Below are positions 43,490 through 53,188 of a DNA stretch of 64,000 nt, piece after piece. The position numbers were made by a program, and so were the translations under genes. Under the pieces are notes generated by a model. That model was not told the DNA's origin. It made no database searches and saw only the letters and a program-made list of their open reading frames with translations. The stretch lies in NCBI GenBank assembly GCA_052246995.1, contig JBQPWD010000003.1:1-64000 (forward strand), in the 5' to 3' direction. The stretch comes from Candidatus Bathyarchaeota archaeon. Lineage in GTDB: Archaea > Thermoproteota > Bathyarchaeia > Hecatellales > Hecatellaceae. Position 1 is the first letter of the stretch. Every line of letters begins with the position of its first letter.

Positions 43490-44469
43490 TTAACCTGTAT
43501 ACCCACATACCGCTGGGCATAGTGGGTCAGGTTTGTTAAACTCTCCATATTTTGAGTATGCTCGGGCGTAGCATCCGCCAAGACATTTAAATTTTGCTGG
43601 GCATGTTGTGCATGGTTCTTCCAGTTTTGGGTTTAAAATTTGCTTAACAAGTTTATTGTTTTCCTGTTCAGTCCATACCTCCATTAAACTTTTGCCTTTA
43701 ATATCTGCTAAAACTACATCTAAAACATCGCAAAGAAGAATACCTCCATCAACACCAATATCCATTACACCTATCTCCCTGCAGATGTTAACGTAGATGT
43801 TATGAGAATTTACAAATCTTTCAGCAAAGGCATACACCAAAGGTCAACTGTAAAGTCAAGTTTGTTACAAGTCTCATTAAGAAGACTTAAAAACTTTAAA
43901 ATTTCATCTCTATCTAAAACATCAGACCATCCTGCTTTACCAAAAGGCATAACAGGTATAAAGCAGTGGTAGCTTGCACCAGTCTTAACAGAAAAATCTA
44001 GGATAGAATTAACTTCAAGGTAGTTTTCCTTGTTTAAAGCTGTAACTGTTGCAAACTTAACATTAAACCTTCTAAAAAGGTTGATAGCATTCTCCACAAA
44101 CCTCCAAGAGCCGTTTCCCCTAATATTTTCATGAAAACTTTTTAACCCGTCAATGCTAAGGTAAGCTAGAACATCATTTTTAGCCAAGATCTTAGCAACT
44201 TCCTCGTTTACCGTTGAACCATTGGTTACAAGCGTTACGTAAATATTACTTTTTCTAGCTTCCTCTATAAGGCTGAAAATGTCTTTTCTTAAAAGTGGCT
44301 CTCCACCTGTAAAGCTTATATGGTCAACCTCTAGCTTCCCAGCCTCCCTAACGATTCTTAAACATTCAGCAGTATCAAGCTCGTTTAATCCTCTAAACCT
44401 TGAAGCATAACAGTATCTACAATTAAAGTTACATTTACCAGTAACAAGCCAGATAATAGAGTTTAACAT
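43490..44469 (-). CDS. Radical SAM/SPASM domain protein, split by a single frameshift (ORFs 43810-44469 and 43490-43840)
   Basis: CNFNCRYC and FTGGEPLL in the first ORF; SPASM cysteines (C..MDI..DG.ILLC...CTTC....CLGGC.ARA...DPLCP) in the second. Adding one base to the A3 run at 43826-43828 gives ...LWCMPFAERFV... Confidence 0.85.
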
Positions 44470-44623
44470 TAAACCTTAGCAAACCCTCCAAGAAACAAGC
44501 TTGGTCAAGTAAACCCAGCCTGTAAGGGTAAAAAGGCTAGGAATGTTAAGTAAACAACAACTTATATAAATTTTTTTTATCTTTAAAATTTAAAAAAGTT
44601 GTTGGGTTAATGTGCATAATCTG

Positions 44624-45352
44624 TTAAGAAGCTTCAGTTTTAATTCCTAGGTATAGTTTACCTATTTCTTTATCCTCCAAGATTTCTTTTGACAGGCCTT
44701 CCTTTACACATTTACCGTCAACTAAAACATATCCTCTATCAGCAATCATAAGACTTTTTCTTGCATTTTGCTCAGCCATTACTACGGGTATACCTTGAGC
44801 ACAGATATCCTTAACGTAGGATAAAACTTGATTTGCAGTTTTAGGTGAAAGTGATGCTGTGGGTTCATCAAGAAGTACCAGTTTTGGTTTAAAAACCATC
44901 ACCCTAGCTAAAGCCAGTATTTGTCTTTCTCCGCCACTAAGCGTGCTTGCTTTCTCCCTTCTACGCAACTTTAAAATTGGAAACATTTCAAAAATTTCTT
45001 CAACACTCATTTTAACCCTAGCTTTATCTTTTTGAATGTACCCTCCTACTTCAATGTTTTCTTCAACTGTAAGATTTGTAAAAACATTGTTTATCTGGGG
45101 AACATAACCTATCCCCATTCTTACGGCGGCATCAGCTTTAATCCCAGTAATTTCAGAATCATTATAGAAAATTTTTCCATCAAAAATCTTTGAAAAACCA
45201 ACAACGCTTTTAATAAGCGTGGACTTTCCACTACCGTTGGGTCCAATGATAACTATAACCTCATTTTTTTCAACAGTAAGGGATACTCCTTGAACAACTA
45301 TAAGCTTTCCGTATCCTGCATAAACATTTTGAACTTTAAGAAGTTTACTCAT
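44624..45352 (-). CDS. livF: Branched-chain amino acid-type ABC transporter ATPase
   Basis: GPNGSGKST, LSGGERQ.LA, LDEP, EQNA. Confidence 0.9.
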   Translation of the reverse strand: MSKLLKVQNVYAGYGKLIVVQGVSLTVEKNEVIVIIGPNGSGKSTLIKSVVGFSKIFDGKIFYNDSEITGIKADAAVRMGIGYVPQINNVFTNLTVEENIEVGGYIQKDKARVKMSVEEIFEMFPILKLRRREKASTLSGGERQILALARVMVFKPKLVLLDEPTASLSPKTANQVLSYVKDICAQGIPVVMAEQNARKSLMIADRGYVLVDGKCVKEGLSKEILEDKEIGKLYLGIKTEAS

Positions 45353-45399
45353 AAAAATTTCCCCAAATGTTTTCCAGAATAAATTCGGAAGTAGCTGAC

Positions 45400-46170
45400 T
45401 TAAGCCTCACCAAGGTAGACATCTACAACTTTTTTATCATTTACAACATCATCAGGTTTACCTTGAGAAATAATTGAGCCGTTATTCATAACATAAATCC
45501 AGTCTGCATGCTCTAATAAAATTTCAACTCTATGTTCAATAGTAAAGAATGTTAGAAGAAACTCATCTCTAAGTTGAACAATTTTTTCAAAAATGCTTTT
45601 AGCAAGTGTAGGATTAACACCTGCAGCAGGTTCATCTAGTAGAAGCATTTTAGGTTCAGTCATCAAGGCTCTGCCAAGCTCAAGAAGCTTCATCTGACCC
45701 CCTGAAATTTCACCTGCAAGAGTATCCCTTAAATCATCAAGCTCAAGAAGCCTAAGAATTTCTAAAGCTTTTTCTGCAAGCTTCTCTTCCTCATCACTCC
45801 ATTTTCTCCTTTTTAGGAGTGTTCCAAGTAGAGTTTCGCCACTGTTACCTCTTGCTGCAATAATCATGTTTTCTAGAACTGTTAACTTGTGGAAGAGTCT
45901 TGGAATCTGGAAGGTTCTAACAAGACCTTCATGGTAAATTTTATGTGGACTTAAACCATCAATCCTTTTACCGTTAAAATGTACTTTTCCAGCTGTCGGC
46001 CTGTAGACACCTGAAATAACATTAAAAAGGGTTGTTTTACCTGAACCATTTGGGCCTATAAGCCCTGTAATAGTGTTATCCTTTACAGTTAAGGTTACGT
46101 TGTTAACTGCTTTAAGTCCGCCAAATGCTTTTGTGAGGTTTTCAGTTTTTAGGATTACTGCTTTCTCCAT
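45400..46170 (-). CDS. livG: Branched-chain amino acid-type ABC transporter ATPase
   Basis: FGGLKAV, GPNGSGKTT, RTFQIPRLF, LDEPAAG, VYLG. Confidence 0.92.
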   Translation of the reverse strand: MEKAVILKTENLTKAFGGLKAVNNVTLTVKDNTITGLIGPNGSGKTTLFNVISGVYRPTAGKVHFNGKRIDGLSPHKIYHEGLVRTFQIPRLFHKLTVLENMIIAARGNSGETLLGTLLKRRKWSDEEEKLAEKALEILRLLELDDLRDTLAGEISGGQMKLLELGRALMTEPKMLLLDEPAAGVNPTLAKSIFEKIVQLRDEFLLTFFTIEHRVEILLEHADWIYVMNNGSIISQGKPDDVVNDKKVVDVYLGEA

Positions 46171-47114
46171 TTTTTTGAAACCTCTATAGCAGGTGTTTTA
46201 ATCTTGCTCTCCTTAAGTAAGCCTTCAGGCTTATACATTAATATAAGGATTATTAAAGCACCTATCAACATTATCCTAAGGTTATGAGGGTCAACTGGAA
46301 GTAAAATGTAATCTTTAACTATTCTTGCACCTCTTTCCAGTCCTGTGACAACAGTAGCACCTAAAATAGCTCCAAGATTGTTTGCTGGTCCGCCTAGGAT
46401 AACCATCATCCATACTGAGAATGTAAGAAACGGCTCAAAAGTATACGGGTCAATAAACCTTACATACTGAGCGAAAAGGCTTCCCGCAACTCCTGTCATA
46501 GCCGAACTTAAACTAAAAAGTTGAGCTTTGTATTTAAAAGTATTTTTACCTAAAACTTGGACTGCAAGTTCATCTTCCCTCACAGCTTTTAACGTTCTGC
46601 CGTAGGGAGAGTTAACTATAAGCTGCGCTAAAAGGTAGCATAAGGCCAGGGAAAAGTAGACTATCCCAATATGGGTAAGCATTGAAACTCTGATGGAAAG
46701 GCCGGCTATTTGAATCGCCGGGGGAACAGTTATGCCTTGAACACCACCCGCAATCCAACTCTCATTCTTAAAAAGAAACCTTAAAATTTCGCCAAAAGCT
46801 AAAGTTACAATTGCAAGGTAATCTGCTCTTAACCTTAAAGCTGGAATGGAAACAAGTAAACCAGCTAAACCGGCTGCTACTGCTGCAACTAGGACACATA
46901 TAATGTAGGTGTAACCGAAGTTTGCAAGAATAGCTGTCAAGTATGCTCCAATCATAAAAAATGCAACCTTACCAAAGTTTGCAAGACCAGTAAAGCCGTA
47001 TTCAAGGTTTAGGCTTAAGGATACAATGGAGTATATGCCTACAAAGACAACCATGTCTAGTATGTAAATTAAAGGGTCAGCCAGCTTTTTCACCTCCCCC
47101 AAAAAGCCCCCCAA
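46155..47114 (-). CDS. livM: Branched-chain amino acid-type ABC transporter permease (true start probably a few codons downstream)
   Basis: LNL..GFTGL.NFG, LRLRADYLAIVTLAFGE, SPYGR.LKAVREDE, PEGL. Confidence 0.9.
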   Translation of the reverse strand: MGGFLGEVKKLADPLIYILDMVVFVGIYSIVSLSLNLEYGFTGLANFGKVAFFMIGAYLTAILANFGYTYIICVLVAAVAAGLAGLLVSIPALRLRADYLAIVTLAFGEILRFLFKNESWIAGGVQGITVPPAIQIAGLSIRVSMLTHIGIVYFSLALCYLLAQLIVNSPYGRTLKAVREDELAVQVLGKNTFKYKAQLFSLSSAMTGVAGSLFAQYVRFIDPYTFEPFLTFSVWMMVILGGPANNLGAILGATVVTGLERGARIVKDYILLPVDPHNLRIMLIGALIILILMYKPEGLLKESKIKTPAIEVSKKWRKQ

Positions 47115-47979
47115 AACCAGTTGGTTTAAGAATTAAAGTTAAAATTAAAACAATAAAGGCTATGGCAAACCTGTAGTCTGTTGAAAGGCCAAGTATTGAG
47201 AGGAGAACAACCCCTAAATTTTCAGCTAAACCTAAGATAAGACATGCAGCTATTACACCATAAAAACTTCCAATCCCACCTAGGATGACAGCTGCAAATG
47301 CTGGGAGAAGAATTTCCCATCCTATAATTGGTACAACTCTTGTATCCGCAGCTCTAAAAAGCCCTCCAACCCCAGCTAAGGCGGCACCAATGATCCATAC
47401 TATCGTAGAAATTTTATCAATGTTTATTCCTGAAGCCATTGCAAGCTCAGGATTGTTTGCTGAAGCTCTAATAGCTTTACCGACCATTGTTCTTGTTAGA
47501 AAGATATGCATAGTTATGGCGGCAATAATGGCTACTGTAATCATTAGAAGCCAAAGTGTTGTAACCCTTAAAGAACCTACATCAAAAAAGCTCCATACAA
47601 CCTTAAATGTTAAGGGAGAGCCTCCCCAAATTTGCTGGATTAGATGCCTAGTAAAGAAGCCTAAGCCTATTGATGCAACCATTAAGTGTATTGTTGTTGC
47701 ACCGCGGTTTGAGAGAGGTTTAAAAACAACCTTGTAGGACAGAAAACCTAGAAAAGCTGAAGCTATAAAAGCTGAAAAAATTGCAGTATGGAATCCTAGG
47801 TTAAGCTGTTCAGCTACAAGGTAGCCTGCATATGCACCTAAAGCCATAAATTCTGCATGAGCAAAATTTGGAAATCTTGAAAGACCATAAGTTAGGGTTA
47901 ACCCTACAGCTGCAAGTAGGTAAATGCTTCCAGTAACTGCTGAGTTGAACAGAACCTGAAACCAGTTAACCATAACCAT
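47077..47979 (-). CDS. livH: Branched-chain amino acid-type ABC transporter permease
   Basis: AVGLTL.YG...FPNFAHAE, GKAIRA.A.NP.LA..SGI, FAAVILGGIGS, KPTG. Confidence 0.9.
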   Translation of the reverse strand: MVMVNWFQVLFNSAVTGSIYLLAAVGLTLTYGLSRFPNFAHAEFMALGAYAGYLVAEQLNLGFHTAIFSAFIASAFLGFLSYKVVFKPLSNRGATTIHLMVASIGLGFFTRHLIQQIWGGSPLTFKVVWSFFDVGSLRVTTLWLLMITVAIIAAITMHIFLTRTMVGKAIRASANNPELAMASGINIDKISTIVWIIGAALAGVGGLFRAADTRVVPIIGWEILLPAFAAVILGGIGSFYGVIAACLILGLAENLGVVLLSILGLSTDYRFAIAFIVLILTLILKPTGFGGLFGGGEKAG

Positions 47980-48171
47980 AAATCACAAAAGGATGGTTTA
48001 TGTTAAATTTTTTTCGGGTAGACGGTTTTTCTGTCGACTTTAGATGGTTAAATAAGCTTAAAATGTTTTCCTAACAATTATGGTTATTTATGTTAGATTT
48101 GTTATTACTATTTACGGCAATAAGTTTTAAATTCTTCATATGTAGGAATTATTATAATAAGAGGTGAAAAC

Positions 48172-48780
48172 TTGGCTCACCAACCAGAAGTTGCACCCTT
48201 CGCATCTCCAGCTGTAGCTGCTCTTGGGGCTGTTACAATGGCTTCCTTCTGCTTTTTTGCACTTTTAACGGGACTTGTTGAACAGGCAGGATCATACATT
48301 TACCTTTCAGCTTTATGCATCATTGCTGGGGCTGTGCAAATGATTGCTGGGGTTATAGATTTGAGAAATAAAGACATCGTTAATGGTGGGGCAATGCTTC
48401 TCTTTGGTGGATGTTTTATTCTCGTTGCGGGAGTGAATGCTGCTTTAACTGTTTGGGGAGAAACTGCGGGTGTACATGCAACTTATCCTATGATGGGGTG
48501 GGGGGTTTTAGCTGGTGGACTTTGTCTTATAATGATAACCCCTGCATACTTTTACCGTAGCTCTATACTATCAATATTTATGATAGACGCAGATTTAGCG
48601 TTACTCGCGTTAGGTATAGGTTTTATAGCAGGCAATCTTCTCTTTGTGTTTATTGGGGGCGTTTTACTTCTTATACTTGCCCTTATAGGATTATATCTGA
48701 TTCTTGCTACATGTGTAAATGTAGCTTCTGGAAGAATGGTTTTACCGTTTGGAAATCCAATTCTTAAGCCAAAAACTTAA
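48172..48780 (+). CDS. satP: GPR1/FUN34/YaaH (SatP/AceTr) family acetate/carboxylate channel
   Basis: N-terminal ASPA..ALG (NPAPLGL-like), G.VQ..AG, six hydrophobic helices, C-terminal GR.VLP.G. Confidence 0.78.
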   Translation: MAHQPEVAPFASPAVAALGAVTMASFCFFALLTGLVEQAGSYIYLSALCIIAGAVQMIAGVIDLRNKDIVNGGAMLLFGGCFILVAGVNAALTVWGETAGVHATYPMMGWGVLAGGLCLIMITPAYFYRSSILSIFMIDADLALLALGIGFIAGNLLFVFIGGVLLLILALIGLYLILATCVNVASGRMVLPFGNPILKPKT

Positions 48781-48785
48781 TCTAC

Positions 48786-48813
48786 TTTTTTTTAAAAAAA
48801 AATTAATTTTTTT
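48786..48813. terminator. Probable bidirectional oligo-T terminator between satP and livK
   Basis: T8-A9-TTAA-T7 between convergent stop codons. Confidence 0.55.
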
Positions 48814-48817
48814 ATGT

Positions 48818-50047
48818 TTATGGCCAAGTGCCTATGCCTACAAGCTTGTATTTCCCATCTACCTTGACAACTTTCCATATCTCGTAGTACTGGAATAGCT
48901 GGTCACCATTTTTATCAAACATTTTATGGCCTGATGCTCCAATGTAGAATTGGCTTACGTAGGGTAATGTCTCCTTAATTTTGGCTCCATCATATTCTCC
49001 AGCGTAAGCTATGGCTAAAGCTGCAAGCATTGTTGCATCGTAAGCTGTGTCAGCATACATTGGCGGTGCCTCTCCAAACTTCTTCTTAAACTTTTCAGCA
49101 AAGATTTCGTAATTCATAAGCCCTGTTGGAGCTATAGGCCTGGTTCCAATAACAGCTCTACTCATAAACTCAGCTGACTCTGGGACTTCAAACATAGGTT
49201 CGCCATAAATACCTTCAGCGGCAACCCATTGAATTTTGTCTAACCCCATTTCTAAAGCCTGTTTAAACATTACCCTACCATCTTCATAGTATCCCACGTA
49301 TAAAACACAGTCCGCACCTGAATCTTTAATTCTGGAAAGTTCTGTTCTAAAGTCCATTTTAGCTGGGTCGTATCTTAATGATAGGATAATTTTGTTTCCA
49401 AGAACCTCTTTAGCTTTCTCCTCAACTCCAATACCGTAAGGGTTGTTTAAAACCAAAGTTGCAACTTTTGTGAACCCTTTATCGCGAACTATTTCAGCTA
49501 AGGCTTTACCTTGTAAAGTATCACTACCAACAGTTCTAAAGACGTAATCAGCTGGGAATCTTGTAGTTATTTCAGGGGATGTTCCAGAAGGTGAAATTAC
49601 AACAACATGTCTTTCATTTGCATATTCTCCAATAGCCATAACTTCACCACTAGCCATAGGTCCGATAACAACCTTTACACCGTCAACCTCAACAAGCTTT
49701 TTAAACGCCTCCAAGGCAACTTTAGGATCTGTTGCTGTATCCTCAACTATAAGTTTAACAGGTCTACCTCCAATCCCACCGTTGGCGTTAATTTCATCAA
49801 CAGCTAACTCAACACCTTTAACTATGTTTACACCCATTGGGCCTAAAAACCCGCTAAGACACATCAACGAGCCTATCTTAATCTCGTCAGGAAGTGTAGG
49901 TCCTTTAGGTTTTGCCGCCGTGTACCCAGCGCTATAGCCTACTGATTGACCAGCGTAGAAACCTGCAACCCCCACAATAACCGCAATAACAATTATTGCG
50001 ATAAGGAGGATTGCTGATACTCCCTTACTTGCCTGTAAACTTGCCAT
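48818..50047 (-). CDS. livK: Branched-chain amino acid-type ABC substrate-binding protein
   Basis: N-terminal TM anchor; AVDEINANGGI.G, EDTATDP, SP..TSP, FRTV.SD..QG, YDA. Confidence 0.9.
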   Translation of the reverse strand: MASLQASKGVSAILLIAIIVIAVIVGVAGFYAGQSVGYSAGYTAAKPKGPTLPDEIKIGSLMCLSGFLGPMGVNIVKGVELAVDEINANGGIGGRPVKLIVEDTATDPKVALEAFKKLVEVDGVKVVIGPMASGEVMAIGEYANERHVVVISPSGTSPEITTRFPADYVFRTVGSDTLQGKALAEIVRDKGFTKVATLVLNNPYGIGVEEKAKEVLGNKIILSLRYDPAKMDFRTELSRIKDSGADCVLYVGYYEDGRVMFKQALEMGLDKIQWVAAEGIYGEPMFEVPESAEFMSRAVIGTRPIAPTGLMNYEIFAEKFKKKFGEAPPMYADTAYDATMLAALAIAYAGEYDGAKIKETLPYVSQFYIGASGHKMFDKNGDQLFQYYEIWKVVKVDGKYKLVGIGTWP

Positions 50048-50189
50048 GTTTTACACCTCAAAGCTGAATAACTGACTAATCAATTTTTAAACAATTAAGG
50101 GTATATTAAATTACCGATAACAATAAAAACTTACTTTACCATTCTTGTAAAAATTTTATGTTTTAAGTTAAAAAGCTGGAATTAAAGTA

Positions 50190-50489
50190 TTAGGTTTTTT
50201 GGCTTTTAGCCTTTTCCTCAAGTTTTTTCCATTTATCTGTTAATCTAAAGTATTTTTCGTTTCCTCTGTGAGTTTTCTCAACTAAACCTCTTATTTCAAG
50301 CAGTGAAAGGTGAAGCTGTGTAACTATTTCTTCTAAGCCGTTAGAACTTTTCTCCAACTCGCTATGGAGATCTTTAAGCGATTTTTCACCACTTTTAAGG
50401 TTTTCTATGATTAACCTTGTTGGAACACAGCTACAAACCTGCATGTGAAGTTTAGTATCAACCTCTTCCACTGTAACCTGCACCCCCAA
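50190..50489 (-). CDS. Winged-helix (ArsR-like) DNA-binding protein
   Basis: R.IIE.L..GEKS..DL...HL..LE..GLV......Y.LT. Confidence 0.65.
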   Translation of the reverse strand: MGVQVTVEEVDTKLHMQVCSCVPTRLIIENLKSGEKSLKDLHSELEKSSNGLEEIVTQLHLSLLEIRGLVEKTHRGNEKYFRLTDKWKKLEEKAKSQKT

Positions 50490-50621
50490 ATAGTCTAATT
50501 CTAAATCATACCTACTAAGCAGTAATACAATACTTAAACGTTTTTTATAAGAAGTTTCTAGGACAGAAAAAGCAAGTCATAGGGGAAGCTTGCGGTTGGT
50601 GTAGTCCACGAGTAAGCTTAG

Positions 50622-51185
50622 TTAAATTTTTCTATCAAAGTATATGTTTTTTCCTTTGGCCGATACTGGTATTCCTAGTATTATGGTTGCTTCAGGTAGA
50701 AGTTTAAGCTTTTTTGCCGCAACTCCTATCCTGTACATCACTCTGTTATCTAGGTTGTGAATGCTTGCAGTTTTAACAGCTGAACCTACAGCTATCCCTA
50801 AATCTAAAACTTTAAACATGCAGTTTGGTCCCTCAACATCAGCTTCACTTGTCCTTTCCACAACCTTCTTAAATTCTTCGCAGGATGGGTATCCACAACC
50901 ACCACAATTGGCGCCATAAGCATTTTTTCCCCTTACTCCCACGAGAAGAATGGTATCTGAATCTTGAACATTTTTAGCATCCCTACCCCATGTTGCAGAT
51001 TTTTTCTCTTCTCCAGTCTTCTCCATCAATTTAGCTATAGAATTTTTTTCCTCACCAGTTACAAGAGAAATAAGAATATCATCAACTCCCCCGCTTTTTG
51101 GTGCTGTTCTAGCTGAAATAGCCATTAACTTTGAAGCTTCTACTACTATCCTTTTTTCAAAATCTTCTCCACTTTCAATAGGCAA
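50622..51185 (-). CDS. DUF2148 ferredoxin-domain-containing protein
   Basis: ARTAPKSGG.D, NCGGCGY.SC, DLGIAVGSA, DNRVMY..G, GKNIYFDR. Confidence 0.85.
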   Translation of the reverse strand: MPIESGEDFEKRIVVEASKLMAISARTAPKSGGVDDILISLVTGEEKNSIAKLMEKTGEEKKSATWGRDAKNVQDSDTILLVGVRGKNAYGANCGGCGYPSCEEFKKVVERTSEADVEGPNCMFKVLDLGIAVGSAVKTASIHNLDNRVMYRIGVAAKKLKLLPEATIILGIPVSAKGKNIYFDRKI

Positions 51186-51315
51186 GGTTTCTAACCTCTT
51201 TCACTTAAACCTTTAACTTAATAATAAAAACATTTATTTTATTACTTTTTTTACTATAGTGAAAACCTAGTGAAAACTTTTACATTAAAATGTAGGCGAG
51301 GTTGCAAGCTGTTAA

Positions 51316-52488
51316 ATGCAAATGTTGCCAAATGTTAACGTTGCAACAGGCTTTTACACTAACTGGGACTCGTTTATCCATGTTAACGACGAAGTTTTAA
51401 ACTGGGTTAAAAGTTACGCTAAAGCTCTACCCAACCCTGAAAGAGTTTTCCTTGAAACTCTTGAGGAAGTTGCATACACCTTAACCGAGGCTTTTAAGGT
51501 TGGTGGAAGAGAATTTCTAATATCTGAAAATGTTTACAAAAAACTTAGCCAACTCTTTAGTTTTAAGGAGAAAAGACTTGGTGGAAATGGATTTAACATG
51601 GGGAGAGCATTGTACGAGCTTGGGTTAACACCTTTAATTTCCTATCCTATCCGCCCACCAAGTATTATGCTTAATTCTCCGGATGTTAAAGTTGCATGTA
51701 AAGATGGGTTTAAAACCCCAAAACAGGCTATAAGGTATTGGGATCCGGAATATGACCACCTAATTTTTGAGTTTAACCAAGATATCCTTAAAGGTATTAA
51801 CACCTCAGGTAGACATATTTTTTCATGGGACCTTATGTCTTTTCATGGATTTTTTGATGAAGAATTTTTTTTATACGGTTTTAACAAAAAATATGCTGAA
51901 GTGCTTATTTTTGCTTACGCACATCTCCTTCTACCAGCCTATAAAAAGAAAACTAATGAAATTGCTGATTGGTTAGAGGAAGCCAACAGACCTAAAGTTC
52001 ACTTTGAACTTGGACAAGGCTCTAAAGAATCTGTGAAGTACGCCTTAAAGGTTTTTACGGATAAGCAATGCGTTGATTCTATAGGGTTAAATGAAAAGGA
52101 ATGTGTCCAGTATTTTAATGCTAAAGATGAAAGCTTTAAAGAGTTGTTTTACACGGTGGTTGAAACTATTAAAAAGCTTGGGATTAGCAGAATATGCGTA
52201 CATACATCAAGTTTTGCATTTTCAGTTTCAAAGTTTTCTGTGGAGCGTGAAATAGAAGCTTTAAGCAAAGCCAACCTTACAGCGGCAGCTTTAACAATGG
52301 GTAGCATAAGAGGCAACATTAACAACGCTAGGAATCTTCCATCTTCAAATGTTAAAGTTAAGAAGGGTAAAGTTGAAGAAAGCTACAACTACTGTGTCAT
52401 CCCGGTTTACATTAACCCCAACGCTAGGATACTTACAGGACTTGGTGATGCTTTTTCAGCTGTTCAAGCTGTAGTTTCATTAGCTTAA
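51316..52488 (+). CDS. ADP-dependent glucokinase/phosphofructokinase family
   Basis: TNWD, RLGGNG..M, H.IFEF, HFE, SIGLNE.E, C-terminal GLGD.FSA. Confidence 0.85.
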   Translation: MQMLPNVNVATGFYTNWDSFIHVNDEVLNWVKSYAKALPNPERVFLETLEEVAYTLTEAFKVGGREFLISENVYKKLSQLFSFKEKRLGGNGFNMGRALYELGLTPLISYPIRPPSIMLNSPDVKVACKDGFKTPKQAIRYWDPEYDHLIFEFNQDILKGINTSGRHIFSWDLMSFHGFFDEEFFLYGFNKKYAEVLIFAYAHLLLPAYKKKTNEIADWLEEANRPKVHFELGQGSKESVKYALKVFTDKQCVDSIGLNEKECVQYFNAKDESFKELFYTVVETIKKLGISRICVHTSSFAFSVSKFSVEREIEALSKANLTAAALTMGSIRGNINNARNLPSSNVKVKKGKVEESYNYCVIPVYINPNARILTGLGDAFSAVQAVVSLA

Positions 52489-52630
52489 ATTTCCTAAAAA
52501 GAGGTTTAAGGTTGGGAAATTAATTGTTAGCTGAATATAACTAAAGTTTTAGGCTTCATAGTAAGTTCAAGAAGAAATGAAAGAAAAAAGGTTAATTTAA
52601 ATTTTTACTATCTAATTAGCTAAGGTAAGC

Positions 52631-53119
52631 TTGACAGATAACTTAAAATTTATTGTTGACGGTATGCTTGGAAAGGTTGCACGTTGGCTTAGAATTTTTG
52701 GTTACGACTCCAAATATTTTGGTGGTGTTGATGATTTTAAACTTGTTAAGTACGCTAAAAGGTCTGGAAGAGTTTTACTTACAAGCGACCTTGAACTTTA
52801 TAAGTTTGCATTAAAATCTGGTGTTAATGTTTTCTATATTGATGGTGACCTGGCTGAAGCAGATAAGCTTTTAAAGGTTGTTAAGGAGTTTAAGCTAAAA
52901 CTTAGTTTAGAGGTTCCAACTAAAACACGTTGTCCGATATGTAATCATTTGTTAAGAAAGGTAAAACCTAAAAATGTTGAAGGATTAATTCCGGAGAGTA
53001 CATTAAAAACTTATAAGGATTTTTGGGTTTGCAGCAATAAAAAATGTGGAAAAGTTTACTGGAAGGGTAAACATTGGAGGCAGATTAGAAAGATTGTTCA
53101 AAAGATTAAGGAGGGTTAA
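52631..53119 (+). CDS. Mut7-C (PIN-like) RNase domain protein with Zn ribbon (DUF82)
   Basis: FIVDGMLGK.ARWLRI.GYD, LLT.D, RCPICN, C...CGKVYW.G.H. Confidence 0.9.
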   Translation: MTDNLKFIVDGMLGKVARWLRIFGYDSKYFGGVDDFKLVKYAKRSGRVLLTSDLELYKFALKSGVNVFYIDGDLAEADKLLKVVKEFKLKLSLEVPTKTRCPICNHLLRKVKPKNVEGLIPESTLKTYKDFWVCSNKKCGKVYWKGKHWRQIRKIVQKIKEG

Positions 53120-53188
53120 AGGTAAAATTTTAGTACATGGGCAACCTCTATATACCCTAAGCTTACTTATTAGGTTAAGGTGTAAACC

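Noticed and set aside
44476-44508. Micro-ORF MTKLVSWRVC upstream of the radical SAM/SPASM gene as a RiPP precursor
   Set aside because: Only 10 codons with a TTG start, no leader/core structure and no supporting transporter or protease.
45353-45399. TTCCAG-containing sequence between livG and livF as an ORB origin element
   Set aside because: A single partial match inside an operon, with no cdc6/orc1 gene or AT-rich unwinding element flanked by ORBs.
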